Below are positions 48,301 to 58,379 of a stretch of DNA of 64,000 nt, in pieces. The translations under genes and the position numbers were made by a program. The notes under the pieces were generated by a model. The model saw only the letters and a program-made list of their open reading frames with translations. It did no database searches and was not told where the DNA came from. The number at the start of each line of letters is the position of its first letter. Within the stretch, counting starts at the first letter, position 1. The stretch lies in sequence record PV261924.1. One strand, written 5' to 3'.

Positions 48301-51300
48301 ATATCCAAGACCTGGAGTAGACGCCACAGAGATGATTGTTCCACCTCTTGGAATCGTTGCCATATTAGGATCAGATTCTGAAGATACACTGTCACCGAGA
48401 TAGGTGATACTTGTAATACCTGCGGTTTCTAGGAGTGTGAAGTCACCAGTGGTATTTTGAGCTCCCTGTGGTTCTTGTAAAATGTTAGAGTTAAGAATAA
48501 TTGCCTGATTAGTTGCAAAACCAGTTACATTATTACCATTTTGTACAAGTGAGAAGAACTTAGTTTGACCATTGAACTGACTTTGAATATTGTCAAAAGT
48601 GTAATTGGTGCTGTAAGTATCAACAGAATCATCAGTGATACCACTTCTCATAAATGTTCTACCTTGGAAAGTAGAATAAGTTGTGATACCAGACCAGTCA
48701 ATATTATCAGGACCTTGTGTAGTAGTGCTGAGTGGAGTTGCGCCGAATGGAGCTTCTACAAAGTGAAGTGTGTTATCGACAATATTGTAATTACCACCAA
48801 GAAGTTCAACGGATGTTCCGATGTTGTGTGTGGCAACACCAGTACCCATTTGACCTCTCAGAACTCTGAATTTGTTTGTTGCTCCAACACCAACGTCTTG
48901 AAGTAACATAATCTCACTATCAATCTTGATAATGTCATTTGCCTTGAATGATTGAATACCAACAACATCAAAGTCAACATCAAATACGACGTTTTGATCA
49001 AGTCTTGTAGATACATTGACTTCAGTTACAGGTGCCTGAATCATGTTATCAACAGCAACAAGAGCTCTAGCATTCTGGTTAGTTGCAGTCAACTTATGGA
49101 ATGTACCAACACCAACAGAAGTCAGATCAAGTGCAATTGGTGATCCAGCAAGTGCATCAGTTGCACTCTTTGCAAATCCAACAGACTTATTACTGTATTT
49201 GATGATGTAGAGTTCAGATGGTAACTTGTCTGTTGACACACCTGAAACAGTTGTCGTTGCAATACCGATAGCATTGGCAGTAGACAACTGTGAGTTCTCA
49301 TAACTATAATTTACCTTTTCACCAGTGACAAAGAAGTGATCTGGAATTGTTACCTGATTTGTTGACAGATTTACAATCGAGGAATCGTTACCAAGGAATG
49401 CTCTCTGGAAGATTGGGAGAGTATTATGTTTGAGGTTGAATGCTCTCTTCTTATCAAATTCAGTACCAGTATATGTTCCATAATCAGAGAACAGAATGTT
49501 ATTTTGTAAAGCACTGATTGACGCAATACCAACAATATTGTTAAAGTTCTTCAGACCAATACCGAAGGTTCTAACAGCTACATCAATACTTGGATTTGGT
49601 GTAAACACCAGACTTACTGAGGTACCTGATGTAACAGCACCAACTGTTCCTAAACCAGAGTTAGTACCAATACGTCCATACTTAACAATGTTTTGGTTAT
49701 TGGAGTCAAGAACATGACACTCAAACATCTCATATTCATTATTGGTGGTGTCATGGACAGTCACCATGAAGTATTCACCAGCAAATGGATCTTCATATGC
49801 TGCAATCTCATTTGCAACTGGAGAACCAGAAGCAGAGATTGACTTATAATATGATGAAAGGTTTGTAACACTCATCTCAGTAGTGTTAACACCTACTGCT
49901 GTAATATTAGTTTCAATAGAAATGATATTGGCAGTAACTGCTGTTCCTACAGTCGGTACAATGTTAACATCAATAAATCCTCCACTAATATTTGCTGTGT
50001 ATGTACCAAACCCAGATGAAATACCCTCAGTAGAATCCACATCTCCATATTGAAGAAGTTGTACATTTGTACCATCATGTAATACATTCAATTCAGTGTA
50101 GAAGTAGTTGTCTTCGGCATCTTCCAGTTGAACATGAAGTTTTGCAGATCTACTTACTGTTGGAACTTTTACCAGAGTGGTAGTTGTCGAAACTGGTACA
50201 GTTACTGATGATGATGCAATAGAAACAATGTCACCAACTTGAGTTGAACCAACACTAGTCAGACTTTCAACACCACTAAATGTGAAGTATGAAATATCAT
50301 AGTTGTTATATTCAAACAGGTTGGGGAAGAATGTAAGACCCCACTCACTGGTACCAGCACCGATGTAATCAAACGAACCCAGTGATTTACCCGTGTCGAT
50401 AGTACCGTATTGATTCACATAACCTGTTGTACCATCTTGAAGAACAGTTACTACACCGAACTGTTTTCTACTTCTCAGTTCTCTGTCCTGAACCAAAGTA
50501 AAGAACTTGTTCCATGCATACTTATTATCAAAGAAATCAACGATGGAATACTTTGTTTCTCTTGGATTACTATTAAACTCACCACTAAAGTCATCAATCT
50601 TAAGAACTCTGTTACCTCTTGATTCAAAGTAATCTACGAGAATTTTGTTTTCAAATACAATCTCATTAGAGATGGTTTTACCACCATTAATATCAAGAGT
50701 TAATTCAGTAGCACCATCAAAGTCAGGGAAACAATTAAGCATTCCCTCCCCGATCAGATCAACAACGGTTTCAATCTGGAAATCAACTGCTGAAGCAATA
50801 CCAGCAGCATTGTTGTCAATAACGAGATCAGCAAACTTCTCAAAACCTGCAGTGTGGTTCAGTGAACTAACTGCATCATCCCATGTCTCATATGGAACTC
50901 TTGATTTGAGTGAATATGAAAAGTTCTGATAATATTCGTTGTTTGGAATGACTTGAAGATTGTCGTTCAGGAATCCAGAATTGGTCTGCCATCCATCTAC
51001 GAACGTTGCACCAACACCAAGTCTGATAGTCGAATCAAAATCAATATTACTGATAATGTTTGCTTTGTTTCCAGATGATTGGGACTCTAAAATTGTGCCA
51101 ACTTCAAAATCGTCTTCAGACGAAACAAATAAATAACCACTTGTGGCATCAAATCTTTCAACCCTACCAACATAGCCAATATTAGTAACTCTTTCTCCCT
51201 CAAAGAAGTTTGTTGTGACGAGTTTTGAATCAAATATTGGGAAGAATGACTCAGGCGTTACAGAACCAGAAATGGAACTTGTAACTTGACCAGGGAATTC

Positions 51301-54300
51301 GCCTGGTGCAAGATAATCAGTCAGATTGTATTCAATATACGCATTTGCACCACCAATTTGACTATCGAGTGCAGTTACCTCAAACAACGAATAGTTATAA
51401 TCTTCAGAGTTGTAACCTCTACCAGTAGTATTGAAACCAATTGCAACGTTCTCAACAATTACCTTCTCACCAACTTTAAATGGCCAATCTTTTACTTCAC
51501 TAAACTGTTTGGAGAAGGTAAGTCTGACAATCTTGTTGGTCGAGTTATAAGATACAGAACTTATGCTGAAACCATTTGTATTTTGAGTGGGAATAAATGT
51601 TGGTGGAACATTATTCAGTGATTTAGTGTTTTCGATAATATTGACTTCATTGTCACCAAGTTCATAATCAAGTTCGATATCAGTGATAACTTGATTAGTA
51701 AATCCATCAATAACAATAAGATCAGGTGCCTGGCTGTAGTTGACACCACCAGATGAAATACCGATTGATTCAAAAGAACCAAGAGGATCTACTCTCAATA
51801 CCTGTGGTAAATTACCTACAACATTAAGAGTCTTATCGGATGGATAACCAAAACCAATGTAGTTGAATTTAGTTCCTAGAACACTACCAATGGTGGTAGA
51901 GGATGGTTGAATTAGTGCACCTGTACCATTCTTACTCGTAACTGAAGAGAAACCTGGGAGAGACTTATACCCTACGCCTTTGTTGAGTGCATTGATCTTG
52001 TTGATTGGCCCATTTGCAGTCAATGATGAAGTATCATACTTCATAGTTGCATTGGTGGTACCATATGAGACTACAGTGTCGTAGTCAAAAGGAATATTAT
52101 ATTCAAAAGTATCTGATGTAACACCAACTACATTATAAATTCCATCAAATTTGTTTTTAGTAAGATTAATACTATTGTTATTGATAACAGTATCATCTTT
52201 AAACAATCTCAACTTGACTGGAGGAATAATATCCAAATTGTCGGGACTGAATCCGTAGTAGAGATTATTTGGAATGTTATCACTCATAAACAGAGTGAGA
52301 TTTGCAGTAGTATCTACACCAACCACACCAGACTTTGTAACCTCAAAGTTTCTATCAGTTCTTGTTGTCCAGAACTCATTGACTTCTTGTGAGTCACTAT
52401 AGATGAACATATCAAATGCAGAATAAGTAATACCCTTATCAACAAATGAAAGTGATGTATCAGATAAATCAAACTTGATGTATTGATTCTTTTGTGCCCT
52501 TACTCCAGGGTTGATTTTGGAAAGGGTTCCCGTGGTGGCAGAACCAACATTCACAAAAGTAGGATTCTCACTCGATAGTTCTGACAGATATTCAACTAGT
52601 TTAATCTTATTATTCATATAAGAGTAAACATAATACATCCCAGATGCGGTCAAATTCTCTGATGGATCACCAGAAGTATAGATAACTTTATCACCTGTAA
52701 AATACTTGTTCTCAGGAACGATGAATGTATTGTTATTGGTATTGATGCCAGCCGGTTCAATAGTGTCAGGATCAAACACAATTCTTCTATTGAAGTCATC
52801 ATATTTGACTTGAATTGTGGTTGTGGTTGTTGGATTGACATCAATAGTAATGATGTCACCTCTCTTCATACCATGAGTTTGTGCGGTAGATACCGTGACA
52901 ACGTTTTTTGAGACTCTACCTTTAATTACAGATGTTATGTTGGTATTGAAGCTATGGTAACTTCCAAGACCTACAGCGGATTCGAAGTATAATAACCCAC
53001 CCTTCTCGGTGTTAATACCAACATATTGACCAACAGAGTTCACACCAACTCTTTGAGTTGCGATACCAATAATATCTTTGGATAATGGAACTGCAAAGAT
53101 ATTTCTGGTCTCATCAAGATTAAATGTAGGTGTACTTGTAATACCACTCCAACACGCAATAGATGTTCCACCATTGGTATAATAAGTCATTGGAGTGTTT
53201 AATGACAACTTATGATCTGGGAGATAGATCTGTTGTTGATCAACTCTGACCTGTGTTAAACCAACACCTGGATTTGAGAATGTAATTGTAGTCGCAGTAC
53301 CTACAGTTGATGTACCTACACCAACTGCCTCGTTTGGAGTAAAGTATAACTGTTTATTAATTGTAAGATTTCTCTGAGTATTGATACCTGTTGAGAGGAA
53401 TCTGAGTTTTCTAGGATCATCTCTAACAATAGTACCTGCAGAGTGGGCAACTGCAAGTGTTCCATCAACACCTCTAAGAACTCTGACTCTACCAGATTTT
53501 TCATCAATGTTGAGAACTTTTAATTTTTCTCTTTCAATTCTGAGAATATCATTTGCTCTAATCGAATCCTCACCGAAAGGACCATTCATATAAACGTAGG
53601 TCACAATACCAGTGACAGTATCAGTTCCTATTCCTAGTGATACATACCATCTTTCACTTGATACACCGACCGAATACGACCCAGCGAATCCTTTGTAGTA
53701 TGAAGATAACCCATCAATGAAAATTGTATCTAATGGTAAGAAGTTGTGTGGAGCTGAAGTAATACCAACAAACCCATTAGCACTTCCTGTACTTGTAAAC
53801 TCCACATTTTCATAAGATGTAGTGGCAAGACTTACACTGTTTACATTCTTACCCTTAAGTTGAGATACTCTAAAGTTTGCATTTCTACCGCCAGTATTAG
53901 TTGAATTGAGTTCAACCCTATCACCAATCTTGTATCCATCACCTGGATCCAAAATAGCCATACCATCAACACTACCTGATGATGTTGCAGTAATGTCTAA
54001 AGACTGATTTCTAAGTTTGTCTGAATTGTAAATGTAATCATATTGACTATTTCCGCCATTTGTGAAATAGTTCTTAGTATTTCTAAACCACCCATCTCCC
54101 ACAATATTGTAATGAGTTTGATTAGACGCTGACTTGAAGTTGAATGGAATTGGTAAGGAATTATAATCGTTTCCAATTACATATGGGAACAATGGTCTTC
54201 TGTAGTTATTAAATGGACCAGAAGAATCTACAGTATCAGAGATAGTACAGAAGTATGCATATACACCGTTTGGATAATCTGGTGTTACACAGAAACGACC

Positions 54301-57300
54301 ATTGTGTTCATCAAGATCACCGTCACCAGCATAGATATAGTCATCTACAAAGAATCCGTTAGGGAATGCATTGTATGAAGGTCTATTGACAGGAGTATTC
54401 TTGAGTTTGTAACTTGTAACCATTCTACGAATGTTACCAGTTCCATCGATATTATCGAAACCGTATGGACCATAGATTGGATTACCATCGTACGCCCAAC
54501 CTACGATTGGTGAGTGATACAAACTATCAATTTCTTCTCCACCAACACTTAAAGTTAAGTCAAAAATACCATATTTGATATTGTCCTCCCCAAAACCATT
54601 TAATGAGTTTAGTGACTCTCTTAATGGTCTAGGTGCATAAACTGCTGCATACTGAAGTGACTTGTTTGAAATGTTCTCCTCAATAATGCAGTCATCATCT
54701 TTAAAGTTGGAAAAGTTTCTTTCAAATAGGTTGATATTCCATCCTCTAATATTTGCCTGAGTTTTTGCACCAGATCCAGCAGGTATTACATCAATTGTGG
54801 TCTTACCAGTAACATATCCTGCACCACCTTTTTGAACATAGACACTTTCTATCTCACCATTATTAATGATTGGCACTAAGATTGCAAAATTACCTGTCTC
54901 ACTTACAATGTTGAGATCAGGTGGTGCATTGTAACCAGAACCACCTGAGTTTACAATAACCTCAACAATCTTACCATTGTTGATAATTGGTGTTAGTTTT
55001 GCTTTTGAACCAGACTCAAAGGTGATTTCGGGTTGTCTTCTAAAATCAACAATAGTTGATGCACCATAACCAACACCACCATTGGTCAAGTCAATACTTA
55101 AGATCTCTCCTCTAAAGACAGGTTGTAGTTTTGCTTCATAAAGAAGAATATTACCGATGAATGGATCATCACTAATCAACCAGTTTGCATCAGCACTAAC
55201 CAAAACATAGTATGGATTTGTGATCTCTGCTTCAGTATCAGTCCATGCAAGTACTGATACAGGAGTGATAATATTCTCTTCAATTGGTGATTCAATAATA
55301 TAAAGTTCTTGGAAGTCCTCGACAAAGGTCTTATCGAACGATGCTGCTGCACCTTCTACTTCAACAGTGATTGGTGGATAGTTAAATGAACCTACGCCCT
55401 GTTTTGTGAAGTTAATACAGATTCCTCTATCATAATAATAGTCTCTTTCTACAGATCCAGTACCAACTTCTGTCAGTGCAAATGCATCATCATTAATCTT
55501 TTTAACAAAATAATCTTTATCTTCACTCAGACCCTCAACTCTTGGAGTTCCTCTTGTATATCTTACAACTTCTTTCGATTTATAACCGTGATTTAAAATT
55601 TCAACTCTATCTGATACTGTATTGATACCAACTGTTGAAATAGTTCTCTTTTTGTTTTCGTAACCTACACCAGGATTAGTAACTACAACACTTGATACAA
55701 CCTGCTTAAGTTCTTTTGCAACAAGATATTGCACACCATCACCATAACCTGCTAAATCAACAGTGTTGATACCTGCAAATACATCTCCTTTTGTGGTATG
55801 AAGTTGAATACTCTTTTGGCCAGTTACAAATACAAAATACTCACCACCAGTATTCAGTCCAACAATACCAGATGTATTTCTTGGTTCATAGATTACACTT
55901 TCACCATCTAAGAATTTGTGATCGGTCTCAAATGTAATCTCATTTGTTGTGAGATTTACATCACTTGGGAAATTGGCGACGAAAGAATTTTCAAGTTTGA
56001 TTGAAGTCATTCTTGGTTCTGCCTGTGCACCAGAACCATTACCACCCTTGATTGTAATCGTTGGTGGTGCATAATAACCCATACCAGGGTCAGTAACATC
56101 AAGCTTTACAAGTTGACCTTTTACGTTAGCAACACCTGTTGCACCAGTTCCTACCTCATCGACAATCTTTACTACTGGTGGATTGATAATATCGTATCCA
56201 GTTCCACCACTTGTCATAGTGAAGTCAAGAATATCACCATAATAAACACTACTGGATGACTTATAGTTTAACAACTCAAGACCATTAACAAAAATACCTG
56301 TATATCCTGAAGTTGTTTTCTCTATTCTCTTTCTATTAGTAGGACTTAGAATCTTTCTGTAGATACCCTGTGGTTGAATCGTTTTACCATAAAAATCAAG
56401 GTAACTTAAAGAAGCATTTACTACAGACCCATTAAATGTAATATATGATTCTCTTGTAAGGTCTGCATTACTTCTTGCAAGTTTGATTTCACTTTCATTT
56501 ACTCTGTAGACAAAGTAAGAACCAGTGGTAACTCCATCAAAACCATTACCTGCAGATTGGAAATATACTGAGTCACCTGTGTAGAAACCGTGATCGGGTA
56601 ATGATGTTGGGTTAGTTGGTAATGGTAAAATGTCGGTGCTCAGTAATGATGCAGAGAAAGTTACTTTCTTATCGTAAGTATTTGTCTCAATGTCATTATA
56701 TTTTGGTAATGAGTTAGATGATATAAGAACATCACCATTAAACTTTGCATATGTATTCTGTACATTGGCAACAAAATTCTTGATATAAGAATGACTTGTA
56801 GACGAACCCTTGAGTAATTGATTCTCAAGATAGAATGTACCTGAAAGATTGATCTGTTGTCCGAACCTTACATTAATCTCATTCTCTGATACAATTCTAG
56901 TGACTGTTCCGAGGTTTGATACAGTGCCATCTTCGTTTTCATATCTGAGTTCATACCCCTCTTGGAAGAAGTGATCATTATAAAGTTTAAAGTTATATAC
57001 GAATGCATCAGCATCAATTACAGAACTTTCAGCAATTTTAAATTTTGTTTGGACGTTAAGGACATAGTTATTTGCTTTCTTTCCAGGTGCCTCATATCCA
57101 AATGATTTAATCTCAATAGTGTCATTCTTTTTGAAGTAATATGTTGGATCGTTCTGTACAAAATCCTTCAGGGTAGATGTAAATCTAACCCTGATTTCTT
57201 GTGAGGTATCAATACCAACATAGGCATATGAGAAAGAATCTAACTTAACGTCAGACTTCTTATTCAATGAATTGGTCAGACCAGATACGTTAAAGAACTG

Positions 57301-58368
57301 GTTTGTGGTCTTTCCACTATATGCAACACCAATCGCATTACCATCAACATCATTGACGACTAATTTACCATATTCAGGAAAGTCAACGGTTGAATCAACA
57401 TCAAGAACCGTTGAACCAAAACTTACAGAGGTAAGGAGTTTTGTAAGGGGGTTAGGTTCAAACTCACCAAAAATAGAACCTGTTACGTCAGTATCTCTTG
57501 CAAATCCAGCATCAATACTAATCTGATAGAATTGATAATCATCATAAGGAATCTGTTGTACATTAGTTACAGATCCTCTTGCATTCGTTCTCTTTTGGAA
57601 GATTGTAAGGTTCTGAAGATCTAATGGATCACCCTGAAGTTTCTCAACTACAAAGTCTTGAGTTACTCTATAGTTTGCATTAGAGGGAGTCAGAAGGAAC
57701 TGTGATGGTTTGAGAATCTCTACATCTTCACCATACAGTGCTCTAAACAAGATTTCAAAGGACTGATCAGTACCCTTTGAAGAATAAAAACTATCTGAGT
57801 TGTAGATAAAGTTTTTGGAGTTTAATCCACTATAAAAGTTGCGATCAGCAAAACCAGGAGTAAACTGTCCCTTAATCTTCTTAAAGAACTGTTTGAGGAA
57901 AAGAACGTTCAGGTTGACAACTTCTGTTCCAAGTAAATGAGTATCTGCTTCAGTCTGAGAGAATGTTAATTCATCTGGTGCACCTGTGGTGACATAGGTG
58001 GTGATACCACTGAATCCTCTTCTACAGTTCTGAAACTCAGTGTCAGTCTTTGTTTCGTAGAATATAATTTCATTATCAATCTGAATGATACCGTTAGTCT
58101 CAGAGAAACCTTCTGTCGATACTACAGTAACAAATCTATCATTATAATCTAAAATTTCGGCAAGAGTCGTTGATTCGACAATATCGTATAATTCTTCTAC
58201 CTTTACATACTGGTCAATATTGTTGATGATATCAACAGGACCACTTTGGTATTCTTGTGATACGTAATACTGCTCTAAAAAATCCGATAGGAGAGGAAAG
58301 TCTTCTCTAACGTATCTGGGAAGTTGACTAGCTACAATTTCCTGGAATTTGACTCTATCTACTGCCAT
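45355..58368 (-). CDS. g7: Giant baseplate wedge initiator gp7-like protein (4337 aa)
   Basis: Follows g6; QLPRYVREDFP, KGTDQSFEILFRALYG, YYQNFSYSLKS..HTAGF; many GxGY beta repeats. Confidence 0.85.
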   Translation of the reverse strand: MAVDRVKFQEIVASQLPRYVREDFPLLSDFLEQYYVSQEYQSGPVDIINNIDQYVKVEELYDIVESTTLAEILDYNDRFVTVVSTEGFSETNGIIQIDNEIIFYETKTDTEFQNCRRGFSGITTYVTTGAPDELTFSQTEADTHLLGTEVVNLNVLFLKQFFKKIKGQFTPGFADRNFYSGLNSKNFIYNSDSFYSSKGTDQSFEILFRALYGEDVEILKPSQFLLTPSNANYRVTQDFVVEKLQGDPLDLQNLTIFQKRTNARGSVTNVQQIPYDDYQFYQISIDAGFARDTDVTGSIFGEFEPNPLTKLLTSVSFGSTVLDVDSTVDFPEYGKLVVNDVDGNAIGVAYSGKTTNQFFNVSGLTNSLNKKSDVKLDSFSYAYVGIDTSQEIRVRFTSTLKDFVQNDPTYYFKKNDTIEIKSFGYEAPGKKANNYVLNVQTKFKIAESSVIDADAFVYNFKLYNDHFFQEGYELRYENEDGTVSNLGTVTRIVSENEINVRFGQQINLSGTFYLENQLLKGSSTSHSYIKNFVANVQNTYAKFNGDVLISSNSLPKYNDIETNTYDKKVTFSASLLSTDILPLPTNPTSLPDHGFYTGDSVYFQSAGNGFDGVTTGSYFVYRVNESEIKLARSNADLTRESYITFNGSVVNASLSYLDFYGKTIQPQGIYRKILSPTNRKRIEKTTSGYTGIFVNGLELLNYKSSSSVYYGDILDFTMTSGGTGYDIINPPVVKIVDEVGTGATGVANVKGQLVKLDVTDPGMGYYAPPTITIKGGNGSGAQAEPRMTSIKLENSFVANFPSDVNLTTNEITFETDHKFLDGESVIYEPRNTSGIVGLNTGGEYFVFVTGQKSIQLHTTKGDVFAGINTVDLAGYGDGVQYLVAKELKQVVSSVVVTNPGVGYENKKRTISTVGINTVSDRVEILNHGYKSKEVVRYTRGTPRVEGLSEDKDYFVKKINDDAFALTEVGTGSVERDYYYDRGICINFTKQGVGSFNYPPITVEVEGAAASFDKTFVEDFQELYIIESPIEENIITPVSVLAWTDTEAEITNPYYVLVSADANWLISDDPFIGNILLYEAKLQPVFRGEILSIDLTNGGVGYGASTIVDFRRQPEITFESGSKAKLTPIINNGKIVEVIVNSGGSGYNAPPDLNIVSETGNFAILVPIINNGEIESVYVQKGGAGYVTGKTTIDVIPAGSGAKTQANIRGWNINLFERNFSNFKDDDCIIEENISNKSLQYAAVYAPRPLRESLNSLNGFGEDNIKYGIFDLTLSVGGEEIDSLYHSPIVGWAYDGNPIYGPYGFDNIDGTGNIRRMVTSYKLKNTPVNRPSYNAFPNGFFVDDYIYAGDGDLDEHNGRFCVTPDYPNGVYAYFCTISDTVDSSGPFNNYRRPLFPYVIGNDYNSLPIPFNFKSASNQTHYNIVGDGWFRNTKNYFTNGGNSQYDYIYNSDKLRNQSLDITATSSGSVDGMAILDPGDGYKIGDRVELNSTNTGGRNANFRVSQLKGKNVNSVSLATTSYENVEFTSTGSANGFVGITSAPHNFLPLDTIFIDGLSSYYKGFAGSYSVGVSSERWYVSLGIGTDTVTGIVTYVYMNGPFGEDSIRANDILRIEREKLKVLNIDEKSGRVRVLRGVDGTLAVAHSAGTIVRDDPRKLRFLSTGINTQRNLTINKQLYFTPNEAVGVGTSTVGTATTITFSNPGVGLTQVRVDQQQIYLPDHKLSLNTPMTYYTNGGTSIACWSGITSTPTFNLDETRNIFAVPLSKDIIGIATQRVGVNSVGQYVGINTEKGGLLYFESAVGLGSYHSFNTNITSVIKGRVSKNVVTVSTAQTHGMKRGDIITIDVNPTTTTTIQVKYDDFNRRIVFDPDTIEPAGINTNNNTFIVPENKYFTGDKVIYTSGDPSENLTASGMYYVYSYMNNKIKLVEYLSELSSENPTFVNVGSATTGTLSKINPGVRAQKNQYIKFDLSDTSLSFVDKGITYSAFDMFIYSDSQEVNEFWTTRTDRNFEVTKSGVVGVDTTANLTLFMSDNIPNNLYYGFSPDNLDIIPPVKLRLFKDDTVINNNSINLTKNKFDGIYNVVGVTSDTFEYNIPFDYDTVVSYGTTNATMKYDTSSLTANGPINKINALNKGVGYKSLPGFSSVTSKNGTGALIQPSSTTIGSVLGTKFNYIGFGYPSDKTLNVVGNLPQVLRVDPLGSFESIGISSGGVNYSQAPDLIVIDGFTNQVITDIELDYELGDNEVNIIENTKSLNNVPPTFIPTQNTNGFSISSVSYNSTNKIVRLTFSKQFSEVKDWPFKVGEKVIVENVAIGFNTTGRGYNSEDYNYSLFEVTALDSQIGGANAYIEYNLTDYLAPGEFPGQVTSSISGSVTPESFFPIFDSKLVTTNFFEGERVTNIGYVGRVERFDATSGYLFVSSEDDFEVGTILESQSSGNKANIISNIDFDSTIRLGVGATFVDGWQTNSGFLNDNLQVIPNNEYYQNFSYSLKSRVPYETWDDAVSSLNHTAGFEKFADLVIDNNAAGIASAVDFQIETVVDLIGEGMLNCFPDFDGATELTLDINGGKTISNEIVFENKILVDYFESRGNRVLKIDDFSGEFNSNPRETKYSIVDFFDNKYAWNKFFTLVQDRELRSRKQFGVVTVLQDGTTGYVNQYGTIDTGKSLGSFDYIGAGTSEWGLTFFPNLFEYNNYDISYFTFSGVESLTSVGSTQVGDIVSIASSSVTVPVSTTTTLVKVPTVSRSAKLHVQLEDAEDNYFYTELNVLHDGTNVQLLQYGDVDSTEGISSGFGTYTANISGGFIDVNIVPTVGTAVTANIISIETNITAVGVNTTEMSVTNLSSYYKSISASGSPVANEIAAYEDPFAGEYFMVTVHDTTNNEYEMFECHVLDSNNQNIVKYGRIGTNSGLGTVGAVTSGTSVSLVFTPNPSIDVAVRTFGIGLKNFNNIVGIASISALQNNILFSDYGTYTGTEFDKKRAFNLKHNTLPIFQRAFLGNDSSIVNLSTNQVTIPDHFFVTGEKVNYSYENSQLSTANAIGIATTTVSGVSTDKLPSELYIIKYSNKSVGFAKSATDALAGSPIALDLTSVGVGTFHKLTATNQNARALVAVDNMIQAPVTEVNVSTRLDQNVVFDVDFDVVGIQSFKANDIIKIDSEIMLLQDVGVGATNKFRVLRGQMGTGVATHNIGTSVELLGGNYNIVDNTLHFVEAPFGATPLSTTTQGPDNIDWSGITTYSTFQGRTFMRSGITDDSVDTYSTNYTFDNIQSQFNGQTKFFSLVQNGNNVTGFATNQAIILNSNILQEPQGAQNTTGDFTLLETAGITSITYLGDSVSSESDPNMATIPRGGTIISVASTPGLGYQPLISAGASCFVSGGGTITSVEIGNPGSGYRVGVQTVNVGYAVSSTGITTVVNIGTATVQNGQVVAITTSYFGANLDQNNPPLIVIDAPLPYSNIPLVYADGQTGMGTGARVDITVGQGSSVVNFDIVSGGFGYGDGEVLRLSIGGTTGIQTDTSYTYDEFQLTVSTTYRDTFNGFTVGELDVFDKLDTLFDGVEKRFPLTIAGAGFAIETADGSDINIAQCLIVTINDILQVPNQSYKFNGGSIIEFTEAPKKGDTSKIIFYKGTPDVDVVLVDILETVKVGDSLQLKNDSSKGQGFGLYQEPRTVVGITTLDTVRTFPYDGPGITTNQALVRPLTWCKQTDDITINGDFVTKDRVEYEPSIYPAAYLTSYVGTSSAVAYTDTVRPFFNSTNETSLLDYQDRIVIIDQSPIASAIATASTGSGVDPEYNNGPIINLVGDGSDLFKREVTVNGVRIVSAGTTGGQIAVPDVWVEKVARMVELFTDVNGAGINETSQRNLIKTLSGDSGTYHAGKPTIQRVARGAGADYTPNFLTDQGIIDWNLTNLFDTTVQNDMVWYLNSTGSGYGDGDQDAQEVIEHVFHTLHMHGLPADTIKLYSYLASDWQTGDLYAAMEEAYDGGFWDSSGYGGNTWKTDADAFEVAAKEYLYLLNFCMFEYTSLWENGSLSPEWSDSMRTQAGIQANNPLGYAFHNTYIAPVISKPSLVTIRSIFQDGNTPAQDDPSLAGASGYVVDNDYGGIITSFTVSNVGAGYSYLTTPSVSVSLPDNPNGTRATGIASVTGDGVVSISVSNAGTGYTQAPSVLIQQPSVRREQIGVSSYFGDLGQIVGYAQSTGALGTLELYIPENSYMRDPNIVGTAVTISQLNTGDYFVVNLSNFGLSTSTSDNIYQVSAAYNSTVDLTSVGLGTTAIRRVEVANVGFGTTVAGFIRGRNLGEYTWGKIQFLNRATTDALEFTPNSYTGITSSPLVQRFRPLKFNNYQT

Positions 58369-58379
58369 TTGTTTTTCTA

